The notes: a model not told the origin generated them from the sequence alone. Shown: positions 1-8,265, counted from the first letter of the stretch. The stretch is DNA of 58,336 nucleotides from Patescibacteria group bacterium (GCA_041667185.1 JBAYFM010000010.1:1-58336), one strand, 5' to 3'. Made by a program: numbers and translations.

Positions 1-419
1 GCCAGGTCGGGACGGCCGCCGCGCGAGACGATGGCGGCGATGGCGCGGCCGCGGCGGGCGGCGACGTTCAGGGCGGCCGCGGCGCCGGTGCTCGCGCCGG
101 CGAGTCCGATGGGCAAACCCCGCAGTTCCGGCGCGGCCAAGACCCAGTCAACGGCGAGATCCAGCCGCGCGGTCAGGAGATCGAGGTCAAAGACGTTCTG
201 GCGATAATTCTCTTTCTCCCCGGCGGTCAGCAGATCGAGCAACAGCGTGGCGAAGCCAGTCTCGTTCAGCCTGGCGGCGACAAGTATGTTGCGCGGGCTC
301 TCCTTGCCGCTGCCGCTACCATGAGCGAAAACAATGACGCCGCGAGCGCGGTCTGGCACCAGCAATCGTCCCGGCAGGACAATGCCGTTCTTCGTGATGT
401 TGATCGCTTGGTCGTGCAT
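1..419 (-). CDS. alpha/beta hydrolase (dienelactone-hydrolase-like), N-terminal part only; the rest runs off the window start
   Basis: Not in the ORF track because it is partial. RC of 417-419 is ATG. Translation: MHDQAINITKNGIVLPGRLLVPDRARGVIVFAHGSGSGKESPRNILVAARLNETGFATLLLDLLT...GLPIGLAGASTGAAAAL. It has an HGSGSG region and a G-x-S-x-G nucleophile elbow (GASTG). Confidence 0.6.
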   Translation of the reverse strand, partial: MHDQAINITKNGIVLPGRLLVPDRARGVIVFAHGSGSGKESPRNILVAARLNETGFATLLLDLLTAGEKENYRQNVFDLDLLTARLDLAVDWVLAAPELRGLPIGLAGASTGAAAALNVAARRGRAIAAIVSRGGRPDL

Positions 420-464
420 AATTCAACGGTGTCGTTCGCTGTGCTGCGGATCGGCTGCTGTTTT

Positions 465-498
465 AAAATAAAAAATCTGCATCAACCGATGATGCAGA
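465..498 (-). terminator. hairpin plus U-run in the AT-rich spacer downstream of the 1651-aa gene
   Basis: Plus strand reads aaaataaaaaa TCTGCATCA accga TGATGCAGA. On the minus strand this is a 9-bp stem followed by a T-rich run. Confidence 0.5.
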
Positions 499-770
499 CC
501 GTCGACAGGATATCATCGTTCAAAATATTCTCGTCGCTGATATTAACGGCGGAGAAACGCCGAGCTGACTTCGAATTTCTAACAGCCACCGAATCAATGA
601 TTCCGGACGCAGTGGGGGTAAGAGAAAAGCGCATGAATCGTATTTTTAACCGGTTTGGTCTTTCATTTCACCGCTGCTGTTTCATGTGACGGATGGATGA
701 CACATGAAAGCTCCTATATGTATTTTACCAGCTAATGGGGGTGGGCACAAGCCCAAGCCCGACGAAAAAT

Positions 771-829
771 CGTCAGACGATTTTAAGGTTAAAACCGTCT
801 GACGAAAACGGGGTCAAAACTGTCTGACG
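771..829. repeat. three spaced copies of the palindromic 9-mer CGTC(A/T)GACG
   Basis: CGTCAGACG at 771-779, CGTCTGACG at 796-804, tGTCTGACG at 821-829. Each is flanked by A/T runs. Confidence 0.6.
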
Positions 830-948
830 GTTTTTTGGGGGGCTTACGAATAAAAGTATTTAAGGCAAAAGAGACTGTTCTTTTTCGAGGTCATATCAAA
901 CGACCCGGCCGATCAAGGCCGAGTCGTTCTTTCAGGTCCGATCCAGGT

Positions 949-3900
949 TTATTTCCTGCCGAGGAAATCCAGGAGCGGGCTCCAGTCGAGACTGGTGCCG
1001 ATCTCCAGAGACCGGGCTTCCCGGGTGCCTGACGGCAAACCCCACTCGGGGATGCTGAGCTGGTTGATCTCGGCTACCCGCCTGACGAGCTGTTTGACGG
1101 CTTCGTCCTTGGCTGAAGTACCCATCTCATGCTTGACCACCTTCCAGAGGGAGTCGCCCACCGCAAGCTTGGTCAGCGACACGCTGCCGGTATTGGCGGC
1201 GGTCGCGGCCAGGGTCACGATGAACTTGACGTCGCTCTTGTAACCGTAGAAGGAGCCGTTCCGGTACTGCTTCGTGATCGTGGCGGCGATGGCCGCCTCC
1301 ATATCCACGAAGTCAACGGCCGCCACATCCTTGCCCACGTAGACGTACTTGCCGCTCTCGCCGTCGAAGTACCGGGCGATGACCAGGTAGTGGCCCGGAG
1401 CCGCCACGCCCTCGTAGCAAGTGCCGGTGGCGTCAGACGTGCAGCCGCCGATGCGGCCGGTGTTCTGCTGGTAGATGAGCGGGTACAACGAGCTATCGGG
1501 CTGATTCTTGCCGGAGAGCGCCTGGAACGCCGGATCGGCGTAGTCGAAGAGTTTCGTGCGCACGCCCCAGAGCGAGGTCTTCACAGAGACCTTCGTCGAG
1601 AGTTCCAGTTTCTCCAGGGTGAAAGTGTTCTTGATGCCGATGGAACAGCCCTGATAGCCGGCGCTGCCGGACGTGGAGGGCGGACACATATCAACGATCC
1701 ACGTCATCGAGGCCGGCGTCGCCTGGATCGTACCGAACTCGTCGAATGCGCGGACCTGATAAGTGTGCGTGCCTGCGGTCAGACCCTCGATAGTCATCGG
1801 AGAGGCGCAGGCCGAGAACTCAGCGCCATCGAGGCTGCACTCCAGCCGATCCGTCGGCTGAGGAACAGAAGGTGGGGTGGTTATGCGTAATTCGATGACG
1901 TGCTGACCAAGTGAGAGTCCACTGAAAACGTTGTAGTTCCGACAGTTCAGGTAGTCACCACCATCAATACTGCACTCAGTATTCGCAGGCACTCCCATTA
2001 CCCTGGAATAGTCGTAAACCAGGACTCGGTCGATGCTGAAAGTGGTCGCCTCCGGACCGCATTCGAAGCTGTTGAGATAATATTCGTAATCGGAGTCGTA
2101 ACCTCGTATCACGCACATAGCTGCTTGCGACAACGGCCCCTGCGACCCCTGGCTGCCCTCGGTGCCACTGAACGTGACGACCAACGGATCAGCGAAGCCC
2201 GCGTCGGGAGCAGCGCCTATGACATTATTACCCTTCCAGTCAATGGCCGAATCGATGGAGGACGCCAGGACCACAGGCGATCTGAGATCGATCTGGGTAA
2301 GCTTTTGATTCCACAAGCCGTCTGCATCCTTGCATCTCATGGGCAGATAATGACTGCCGGCAGACGGAGTCCCTGCAATCACACCTGTCCAGCCGGACCA
2401 GCCCGCTGGCAGGGTCACTGAAGCCGTACCGCTCACGCCGCCGACATCCGAAAGGGTCATAGCTTCGGAGACCCTAGGGGTAGCGGAGTTGTTGCTGTCG
2501 AGCCAGCATTCGGTCACGCCCTGGTCATCGCTATACGACGCGGTGAATGTCCGCGGCTGGTCGATACGCGCCCAAGCCGGCGCGAGATCGCTCAGGACCG
2601 GAGCGGTCGGATTAAGATCTTGATTCCACCAGTATCCACCGTCCTCATCCATATTCCCTTCCAGATCAACGCACCTCGCGCTGAGAGAGGTCGTGCCCGA
2701 GAGCCATCCTGCTGAATTTGTCTCACCACTAATAATGGTACTTACACTAGGAGCATTGTACGTTCCGGGTATGAAATACGTCTCCGTGGTGCCGCTGGTA
2801 CTGCCGCGGGTCAGGATCAGCTCTTGGTTAATAGTTCTATAGGTAGGTTCGTATCCCTGTTCCGCCCCCACCCTCCCCTCCTCTGCGTTCGAGGCATAGA
2901 AACGGCAGGCATAGATCCCCTTGGGGGCAGAGTAGCTGACCGAGACCGGCTTCGGCACGCCTTTAGAACCTGACAAGCTGGTGTTAAGACCAATCTGAAT
3001 CTCATCAGTGCCAAGCTGATAGGCCATATTGGCCAGTATCTGATTCGAACGTCCGAGCGCATCAGTGCAGGTCAGGTTCATGGAGACGGACCAATTTCGG
3101 TAGCCAGTGAATATTCCTTGGTAAGCTCCCCAGAACACTTCCGGTCCAGTGAGCGTCAGGGCGTATTCGTTGGTGGTCCAGGTTTTCTTCACCAGAGAGG
3201 TCGCGAACGAGATCTCTTCGTTGTAAGAATGGGAACTAGCGGTGCAGGAGACCAACTCGGAGTCGTCGACGACCGTAAGGTTGAGGACGGGAGAGAGGAC
3301 TGAAGCGGGGAACACGGTCGGGACATCGACGAAGTAAGGCGGACCGATGAGCGTCGATATCGTCGTAAGCTCACCCTGCCCAGTTTGGCCGGCGGTATCC
3401 GTACAAACGACGTAGACATTCCAATTGTCGCCGCCGGAGAACGTCCAGGGCAGCGTGGCTATCCCCTGATCGGCGCCGGGTGCCGACAACGTGGCCGCGG
3501 CATGGCTGCCGTCATCGAAGACGAACTCGCAAGCAGTCACTCCTCCCTGGTAATCCGAATAAGGAGCGGACAATAAGGTTTCGCGTCCGGGCACCACCAG
3601 GGTCGGTTCGACCGTGCCAGCGGACGGAGCATAGTCTACAGGCCTCGTCAGGTAAGCCGACGATTCGCTGCCGACCGTGCTATTGCCGTCGGCATCGCTG
3701 CACCTGGACTGCATATAATGGTACGACCATTCGTCGTTCCCATAAGGCCACTGGAAGTCGGCCGGGATCACATAGGTGGCAACGCCGCTCGTGCCGCCCG
3801 GAGCCGACAGGGTCATCGGACCGATGTCCGTGTAGTCGGCGATGAAGATACACTCCGTCACGCCCAGATCATCCGCGTAGTCCACTTTAACAGTCGACGG

Positions 3901-5904
3901 GACTCCGATACTGATCTCGAAGGCGTACGGATCCAACTCCGTCTGGCCGACGACCGGAAGGGCCGGGTTCGGCGTCAGTTCGAAGTACGTATAATTCTGA
4001 TCGTTGCTGGCGCCGCTGGCGTTCGAGCAGACCACAGCCACGTAATGGAATGAATTCATGTTCCCCCAGGGCCACTGAAAGTCGGCTGGAATCACGTAGG
4101 TGGCAGTACCGCTCGCGCCGCCCGGAGCCGACAGGGTCATCGGACCCATATTCGTGTAGTCGGCGTAAAAGTCGCAGCTAACGACGCCGGCCTGATCCGA
4201 ATAATCGGCGGAAATGGTCACCTCCGTACCGACCGGGGCAGAAGTCGGCGAAATCGGTCCGACCGTCGGCCGCGGAACGCTCAGCATGACCAAACTCCAG
4301 TAGGAAGACCCGATCTTGCTCTCGACATCCGTACACGTAGCCATCGCGTAATGGTAGGTCTCGCTATTCCCGAAAGGCCACGAGAAATCAGCGGGCAGGG
4401 TGTAGGTCGCCGTGCCGCTCACGCCGTTGGGATCAGAGAGCTCCATCGACAGAGGCGTGACCAGGTCCCAATCATCGATGAACAGGCTGCAGGAAACGAT
4501 GCCGAGATCATCAGAGTAATCCACCGTGAAGCTCGCAGTCTGGCCGAGCTGAACCGAACTCGGCGCGCTGAGGGAAACGGTCGGCACCCCAGCTTCGGCC
4601 AGGAGAACGATGTACGTCGATCCTTGTTCCCAGTACATGCGGCCGGTCGTGTCTGCGCACTCCGCATAGACATAGTGATAGCTGTCGGGATAATTCCCCC
4701 AGGACCACTGGAAATCTGACGGGATGGTGTACGAGACCGTTCCGGTGCTGCTCGCGGGATCGCGAGTGATGGTCATGGGACCGACGAAAGAGTAATCGGC
4801 GTAGAAGGCACAGTAATCCAGGATCGCACCTTCCAGCTCTTCATAAGAAGCGGTGAAGGTCGCCTCCGAATTCAGATTGACCGACGTCGGAGAGAACTGG
4901 CCCACGTAAATGCCGGCGTTCATCCCGGTGACCGCGATGGTCGTGAGAGCGCCGGTGCCGGAGTTATCCGCGTCATCGAGGCAGACGACCTGCGCCGTCT
5001 GGTCGCCGGTAGAAGTAAAGACGTACGCAAACGAGGCTGTGCCGCTCATGGCACCCGGGGCGGAAAGGTCCATGGCCCCCAGGTTGGAGCCGTTCACGAT
5101 GAGGTTGCAGCTCATCACGCTCTGATCATCCGAGTAGTCGGCGGACAGCGTGACTGTCTCGCTCATGACGGCCGAGGTCGGGCTCACGGCGCTGACGGTC
5201 GGCGGAATGATGTTGCTGGCATTCCGGGCCAGCAGGCTGGTCACCGGACCCTGGCCGACGTTGCCGCGGTCGTCCTCGCAGGTGACCCGGGCTTGGTGCG
5301 GCCCCACCACGGCCGTCCGATACCGAAGAGTGGCTGTGCCGCTCGCCAGGTCATGCTTGATGAGCGTCATCGCTCCGATTGCGGTCCCGTCGAACTCGAA
5401 AGTACACTTCTTCACTTCCGCCAGGAGCCCGATGTCCTGGTATTCGGCGGAGAAGGTCACGTCCGTGTTGGTGTTGAACTTCACCGGCGCGACGGCGCCG
5501 ACCGTGAGCGGGCTCACCGCCATGAGCGTCGTCTCCGTGCCGTTGCCGACATTGCGGTTGTTGTCGGAACAGACGACCAGCGCACGATGCTCGCCGGTCT
5601 CAGGCACCACATAATTAATCTTGGCCGCGCCGCTCGTGCCGCTCGCCGCGTTGATCTGAGACAATTGCATCTTTCCGATCATCCGGCCGTCGAACAGGAA
5701 AAGACATTCTTTCACGCCCACGTTGTCGGTGAAGTCCGCAGAAAATGGTGTGATGACATTGGCGCCGACCAGACCGGGAGTGACCGCGCCGACTTCCGGA
5801 GCCGTGATATCAGCGGTCCTCGCGTTCGCCAGGCCACCGGACAGCATGGCGCCGGCAAAAATGGCGACAGCCGCTGTAATTATCCGTAACTTTAGGTGCT
5901 TCAT
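949..5904 (-). CDS. large secreted surface protein with tandem Ig-like repeat modules and a LysM-like C-terminus
   Basis: 1651-aa ORF with a signal-like N-terminus (MKHLKLRIITAAVAIFAGAMLSGGLANA). At least 9 tandem modules of ~95-110 aa share the pattern ..S(A/P).Y.D..GV..C.F......G.M.L......G.A.....C.D..GN. Two C..DG..F..C..P....GL..G.H modules follow. The C-terminal VGDSLWKVV...VAEINQLS...LEIGTSL resembles LysM. Confidence 0.85.
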   Translation of the reverse strand: MKHLKLRIITAAVAIFAGAMLSGGLANARTADITAPEVGAVTPGLVGANVITPFSADFTDNVGVKECLFLFDGRMIGKMQLSQINAASGTSGAAKINYVVPETGEHRALVVCSDNNRNVGNGTETTLMAVSPLTVGAVAPVKFNTNTDVTFSAEYQDIGLLAEVKKCTFEFDGTAIGAMTLIKHDLASGTATLRYRTAVVGPHQARVTCEDDRGNVGQGPVTSLLARNASNIIPPTVSAVSPTSAVMSETVTLSADYSDDQSVMSCNLIVNGSNLGAMDLSAPGAMSGTASFAYVFTSTGDQTAQVVCLDDADNSGTGALTTIAVTGMNAGIYVGQFSPTSVNLNSEATFTASYEELEGAILDYCAFYADYSFVGPMTITRDPASSTGTVSYTIPSDFQWSWGNYPDSYHYVYAECADTTGRMYWEQGSTYIVLLAEAGVPTVSLSAPSSVQLGQTASFTVDYSDDLGIVSCSLFIDDWDLVTPLSMELSDPNGVSGTATYTLPADFSWPFGNSETYHYAMATCTDVESKIGSSYWSLVMLSVPRPTVGPISPTSAPVGTEVTISADYSDQAGVVSCDFYADYTNMGPMTLSAPGGASGTATYVIPADFQWPWGNMNSFHYVAVVCSNASGASNDQNYTYFELTPNPALPVVGQTELDPYAFEISIGVPSTVKVDYADDLGVTECIFIADYTDIGPMTLSAPGGTSGVATYVIPADFQWPYGNDEWSYHYMQSRCSDADGNSTVGSESSAYLTRPVDYAPSAGTVEPTLVVPGRETLLSAPYSDYQGGVTACEFVFDDGSHAAATLSAPGADQGIATLPWTFSGGDNWNVYVVCTDTAGQTGQGELTTISTLIGPPYFVDVPTVFPASVLSPVLNLTVVDDSELVSCTASSHSYNEEISFATSLVKKTWTTNEYALTLTGPEVFWGAYQGIFTGYRNWSVSMNLTCTDALGRSNQILANMAYQLGTDEIQIGLNTSLSGSKGVPKPVSVSYSAPKGIYACRFYASNAEEGRVGAEQGYEPTYRTINQELILTRGSTSGTTETYFIPGTYNAPSVSTIISGETNSAGWLSGTTSLSARCVDLEGNMDEDGGYWWNQDLNPTAPVLSDLAPAWARIDQPRTFTASYSDDQGVTECWLDSNNSATPRVSEAMTLSDVGGVSGTASVTLPAGWSGWTGVIAGTPSAGSHYLPMRCKDADGLWNQKLTQIDLRSPVVLASSIDSAIDWKGNNVIGAAPDAGFADPLVVTFSGTEGSQGSQGPLSQAAMCVIRGYDSDYEYYLNSFECGPEATTFSIDRVLVYDYSRVMGVPANTECSIDGGDYLNCRNYNVFSGLSLGQHVIELRITTPPSVPQPTDRLECSLDGAEFSACASPMTIEGLTAGTHTYQVRAFDEFGTIQATPASMTWIVDMCPPSTSGSAGYQGCSIGIKNTFTLEKLELSTKVSVKTSLWGVRTKLFDYADPAFQALSGKNQPDSSLYPLIYQQNTGRIGGCTSDATGTCYEGVAAPGHYLVIARYFDGESGKYVYVGKDVAAVDFVDMEAAIAATITKQYRNGSFYGYKSDVKFIVTLAATAANTGSVSLTKLAVGDSLWKVVKHEMGTSAKDEAVKQLVRRVAEINQLSIPEWGLPSGTREARSLEIGTSLDWSPLLDFLGRK
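3746..4164 (-). repeat. intragenic near-identical DNA repeat pair (3746-3841 and 4069-4164) inside the 1651-aa gene
   Basis: The two ~96-nt segments align with only scattered mismatches: ggccactg[g/a]aagtcggc[c/t]gg[g/a]atcac[a/g]taggtggca...ccgcccggagccgacagggtcatcggacc...gtgtagtcggcg. They encode the GPMTLSAPGG.SG.ATYVIPADFQWP.GN part of adjacent modules. Confidence 0.8.
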
Positions 5905-6139
5905 ACTTTTCTTGTTTATTCTGAACCCCGGGATCGGGGCCTGAGAAATGATTTATGTAATTATTAAAAAAAATCGCCTTGTTAATGATTCATAACATAG
6001 ACGGATCTTGAGCCGCAGCCGGCTGGATGTAGGATTGCTATCGTCATGCGTACCCTGTCGTTAGTCTTGCCGGTTCATGACCGCAATAAAATGTGATTTA
6101 TTTTTGTTTATTCTTGAAACTTTTCAAGCCTGTGGATAC

Positions 6140-6169
6140 ATTATATCAATTTTACCCCCCCCCTCACAA
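6140..6169 (-). promoter_or_regulatory. candidate promoter TTGTGA-18-TATAAT whose spacer contains a G9 homopolymer
   Basis: Minus strand reads cTTGTGA GGGGGGGGG taaaattga TATAAT g. The -10 is RC of 6140-6145, the C9 tract on the plus strand is 6155-6163, and the -35 is RC of 6164-6169. It lies ~240 nt upstream of the ATG at 5904. Confidence 0.4.
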
Positions 6170-6223
6170 GAGCCCCGCTCTCTTCCATAACCTTAGTGCC
6201 TGACACCGAAGTCACTAACAATT

Positions 6224-6287
6224 GGGAGAGTGAGGGAGTGCGGTAGTCAGGGAGAGACGGAGCCACGTCGTTCGCGAGCGACGTGGC
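6224..6287. repeat. octamer-phased GGAG-type intergenic array, locus 1, with 24-nt palindrome
   Basis: gggagagtgagggagtgcggtagtcagggagagacggag followed by CCACGTCGTTCGCGAGCGACGTGG (6263-6286). Confidence 0.8.
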
Positions 6288-6430
6288 GGAGGGTGTGGGG
6301 CTCCTCCTCGCCCGCCACTCGCTACCAGGGGCCCCTGCCCCTGGTGCTCGCGGCTCCTTCGGAGCCCGGGTCGTCCGCAACTTGCCATACTAGGCAAGTT
6401 GCGTCCGTACCCTTCGAGCCCCACACTTCC
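6284..6430 (-). other. 147-nt structured element bounded by inverted copies of the tRNA-Ser T-arm/acceptor 3' half, with an encoded CCA end
   Basis: Minus-strand 5' arm GGAAGTGTGGGGCTC is RC of 6416-6430. The 3' arm GAGCCCCACACCCTCC-G-CCA is RC of 6284-6303 and is identical to the last 20 nt of tRNA-Ser (6472-6491). Three perfect internal hairpins lie at 6377-6402, 6352-6366 and 6324-6345. Confidence 0.55.
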
Positions 6431-6471
6431 ATAATTAAATGTGACCCCGCATTAAGCGGAGTCACATTTAA

Positions 6472-6560
6472 TGGCGGAGGGTGTGGGGCTCGAACCCACA
6501 AGACCCCTTACGGGGTCGCAGTTTAGCAAACTGCTGGCTTACCATTCGCCTCAACCCTCC
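6472..6560 (-). tRNA. tRNA-Ser (anticodon GCU), long variable arm, CCA encoded
   Basis: RC reads GGAGGGT TG AGGC GAATGGTAA GCCA GCAGT TTGCTAA ACTGC GACCCCGTAAGGGGTCT TGTGG GTTCGAGC CCCAC ACCCTCC G CCA. It folds as a cloverleaf with acceptor, anticodon and T stems, and the anticodon loop is TT-GCT-AA. Confidence 0.9.
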
Positions 6561-6813
6561 TTAAAATGTAGGACCGACCTATTTATGTTTCCGTGATCGA
6601 GAACTGGCTTACAGTGCCCTTGGTCGCGCAGCGACCAAGACTACAGACGAGGCGGCTAAGGCCGCCACATCTCACTGCAGGCCGCACCATCGGACGGGCG
6701 GAGCGCAGCGAAGACCTGTCCGGCGGCATTTCGCTCGCATATTATATGAATTTGCTCGCAAAATCCAGGGCGCCCCTTGGCGCCCGCACATTGTTCGCCT
6801 GCTCACAATGCGC

Positions 6814-6832
6814 CCATTCGCCTCAACCCTCC
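6814..6832. repeat. 19-nt direct copy of the tRNA-Ser 5' end
   Basis: ccattcgcctcaaccctcc occurs at 6542-6560 (tRNA positions 1-19 on the minus strand) and again at 6814-6832. The two copies bracket 253 bp. Confidence 0.85.
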
Positions 6833-6913
6833 AATAAACTAGTTACTGGGTGCTAGGTGCTAGTAGCCCCGGAATCCTACCCCAAACGCGCCTATTTGTG
6901 AAGACCGACGAGC

Positions 6914-7666
6914 CTATCCACGCAACAACGTCAGCCCCCAAACCCGCTTGGCTCCCCGCGCTCTGAGCACCCGGGCGCAAACCGACAAGGTCGCTCCGGT
7001 AGTGAAGACGTCGTCAATCAGCAACACCGATTCGGGAACTCTCGTCCCCGGCTCCAAAAATATCATCCGCTCAACGTTCCTGTGCCGCAACAACGGCGAA
7101 TCCAGCTGAGTCTGGCGCTTCCAGCCGAAACGCCGCCGTAGCAGCGACCGGACCGGCAACCCAAGCGGCGCCGCGACCGCCGTCGCCAGCGTCCCGGCCT
7201 GATTGAAACCACGCCAAGCCTCGCGCCAGGGGTGCAGTGGGACCGGCATGATCACGGCCTCGAGCCCGAGCAAGCTGCCCATGACCGGCTGCGACCGGGC
7301 CGCAAAACCGCCCAGAACGCCCGAGATCGCCCGACCGGCTTCCAGGATGCCGGAATACTTATATAAATGAAGAGCTTCCCGCGCCGCCGTCTCGGCGTAC
7401 GCCGCCGCCGACATGACGCCATCCAGCGACGTCCGCGACCGGCACGCGGTCGAGCAGGCCGCGCCCCAGACCGATGGCGCGGCGCAGCCTGGACACTTAA
7501 AAACGCCCTTTCGGGCGCTCAGATTCAGCCGACAATCATCGCAGATGACGCTCCCCTCCCGGCCGCACTCCACGCAATAATGGGGAAACAAGACCCCAGC
7601 CGCCCCACGGCCCAGCCTCAGCCAGAATTCACTTTGTCGCCCCATTTGGCCGCGTCTACTTTCCAT
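6914..7666 (-). CDS. comFC: ComF family protein (phosphoribosyltransferase-type, ComFC-like)
   Basis: N-terminal double CxxC zinc-finger-like motifs (CVECGREGSVICDDC, CPGC) and a C-terminal PRTase motif (VLLIDDVFTTGATL). The start is uncertain (alternative ATG at 7645). It overlaps the upstream ORF end at 7618. Confidence 0.8.
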   Translation of the reverse strand: MESRRGQMGRQSEFWLRLGRGAAGVLFPHYCVECGREGSVICDDCRLNLSARKGVFKCPGCAAPSVWGAACSTACRSRTSLDGVMSAAAYAETAAREALHLYKYSGILEAGRAISGVLGGFAARSQPVMGSLLGLEAVIMPVPLHPWREAWRGFNQAGTLATAVAAPLGLPVRSLLRRRFGWKRQTQLDSPLLRHRNVERMIFLEPGTRVPESVLLIDDVFTTGATLSVCARVLRARGAKRVWGLTLLRG

Positions 7667-8265
7667 GTGCCGTCGGTCTTAACGAAATCAATGCTGATGA
7701 CCTGGTAATAGAGTTTTTCACCGCCGTTCGGCGCGATCTCGCGCCGCTGGGTCGTGACGGCTATCTTGGCGATTCCTGCGGTTTCGTCAAGTTTCAGGAC
7801 CTCGGACGACACCGACCGCGTGACCATGCCGAAATATTCCGCGCGGACCGCGCCAGCGGCGGTCGCGTCGGCGACATATTTGTCAGCCCACTTGATCATG
7901 GCGGGGCTCATGAAAGATCTCAAATCAAGGATGTTCTCGTAGCCGCTCTGGTTGGAAAAACTCCCGAACCGTTCGGCAAAAGCGGCGGCCAGGCGTTTCA
8001 GAGCGGCGCTTTCGTCCGGTACGGCCGGCACGACCGGCGTGGTCGCGTCGGCAGCCGGCTGAGACGGAGCCGCGGCATTGACGTTCGCCCCGGTCGTCCG
8101 ATCCAGACTGCCGCCCAGTTGCCTATTGATGTCCGTTGCACCATCGTCCGGCAGCGCCGTCACGCCCGCCGATCCGCGCGGCTGCAACAACAGATACGCG
8201 ATGATCGCGCCGACCAGCAGCAACAGAGCCGCGATGATGAGGATGATCCGTGTGCGTCTGGACAT
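7618..8265 (-). CDS. bitopic membrane protein, possibly a VirB8/PrgL-like (NTF2-like) component
   Basis: N-terminal TM segment IILIIAALLLLVGAIIAYLL, an Ala/Pro-rich linker, then a ~130-aa alpha+beta domain ending YYQVISIDFVKTDGTWKVD. It sits directly after VirB4. The function is inferred from architecture only. Confidence 0.6.
   Translation of the reverse strand: MSRRTRIILIIAALLLLVGAIIAYLLLQPRGSAGVTALPDDGATDINRQLGGSLDRTTGANVNAAAPSQPAADATTPVVPAVPDESAALKRLAAAFAERFGSFSNQSGYENILDLRSFMSPAMIKWADKYVADATAAGAVRAEYFGMVTRSVSSEVLKLDETAGIAKIAVTTQRREIAPNGGEKLYYQVISIDFVKTDGTWKVDAAKWGDKVNSG

Noticed and set aside
420-6471. A complete tRNA-Ser-integrated genomic island carrying the surface-protein gene
   Set aside because: I found no integrase or recombinase gene. 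The only second copy of the tRNA 3' end lies ~190 bp from the tRNA (6284-6303) rather than at the far side of the gene, and I saw none between 420 and 948. I therefore report only the local repeats and the AT-rich flanks.
6561-6813. The 253-bp insert upstream of tRNA-Ser as a known ncRNA (SRP RNA, tmRNA, 6S, RNase P)
   Set aside because: I could not find the conserved SRP domain IV motif, the tmRNA ends (GGGG...CCACCA with a T-arm) or RNase P conserved regions, and the length does not fit. It is left as an unassigned structured segment.
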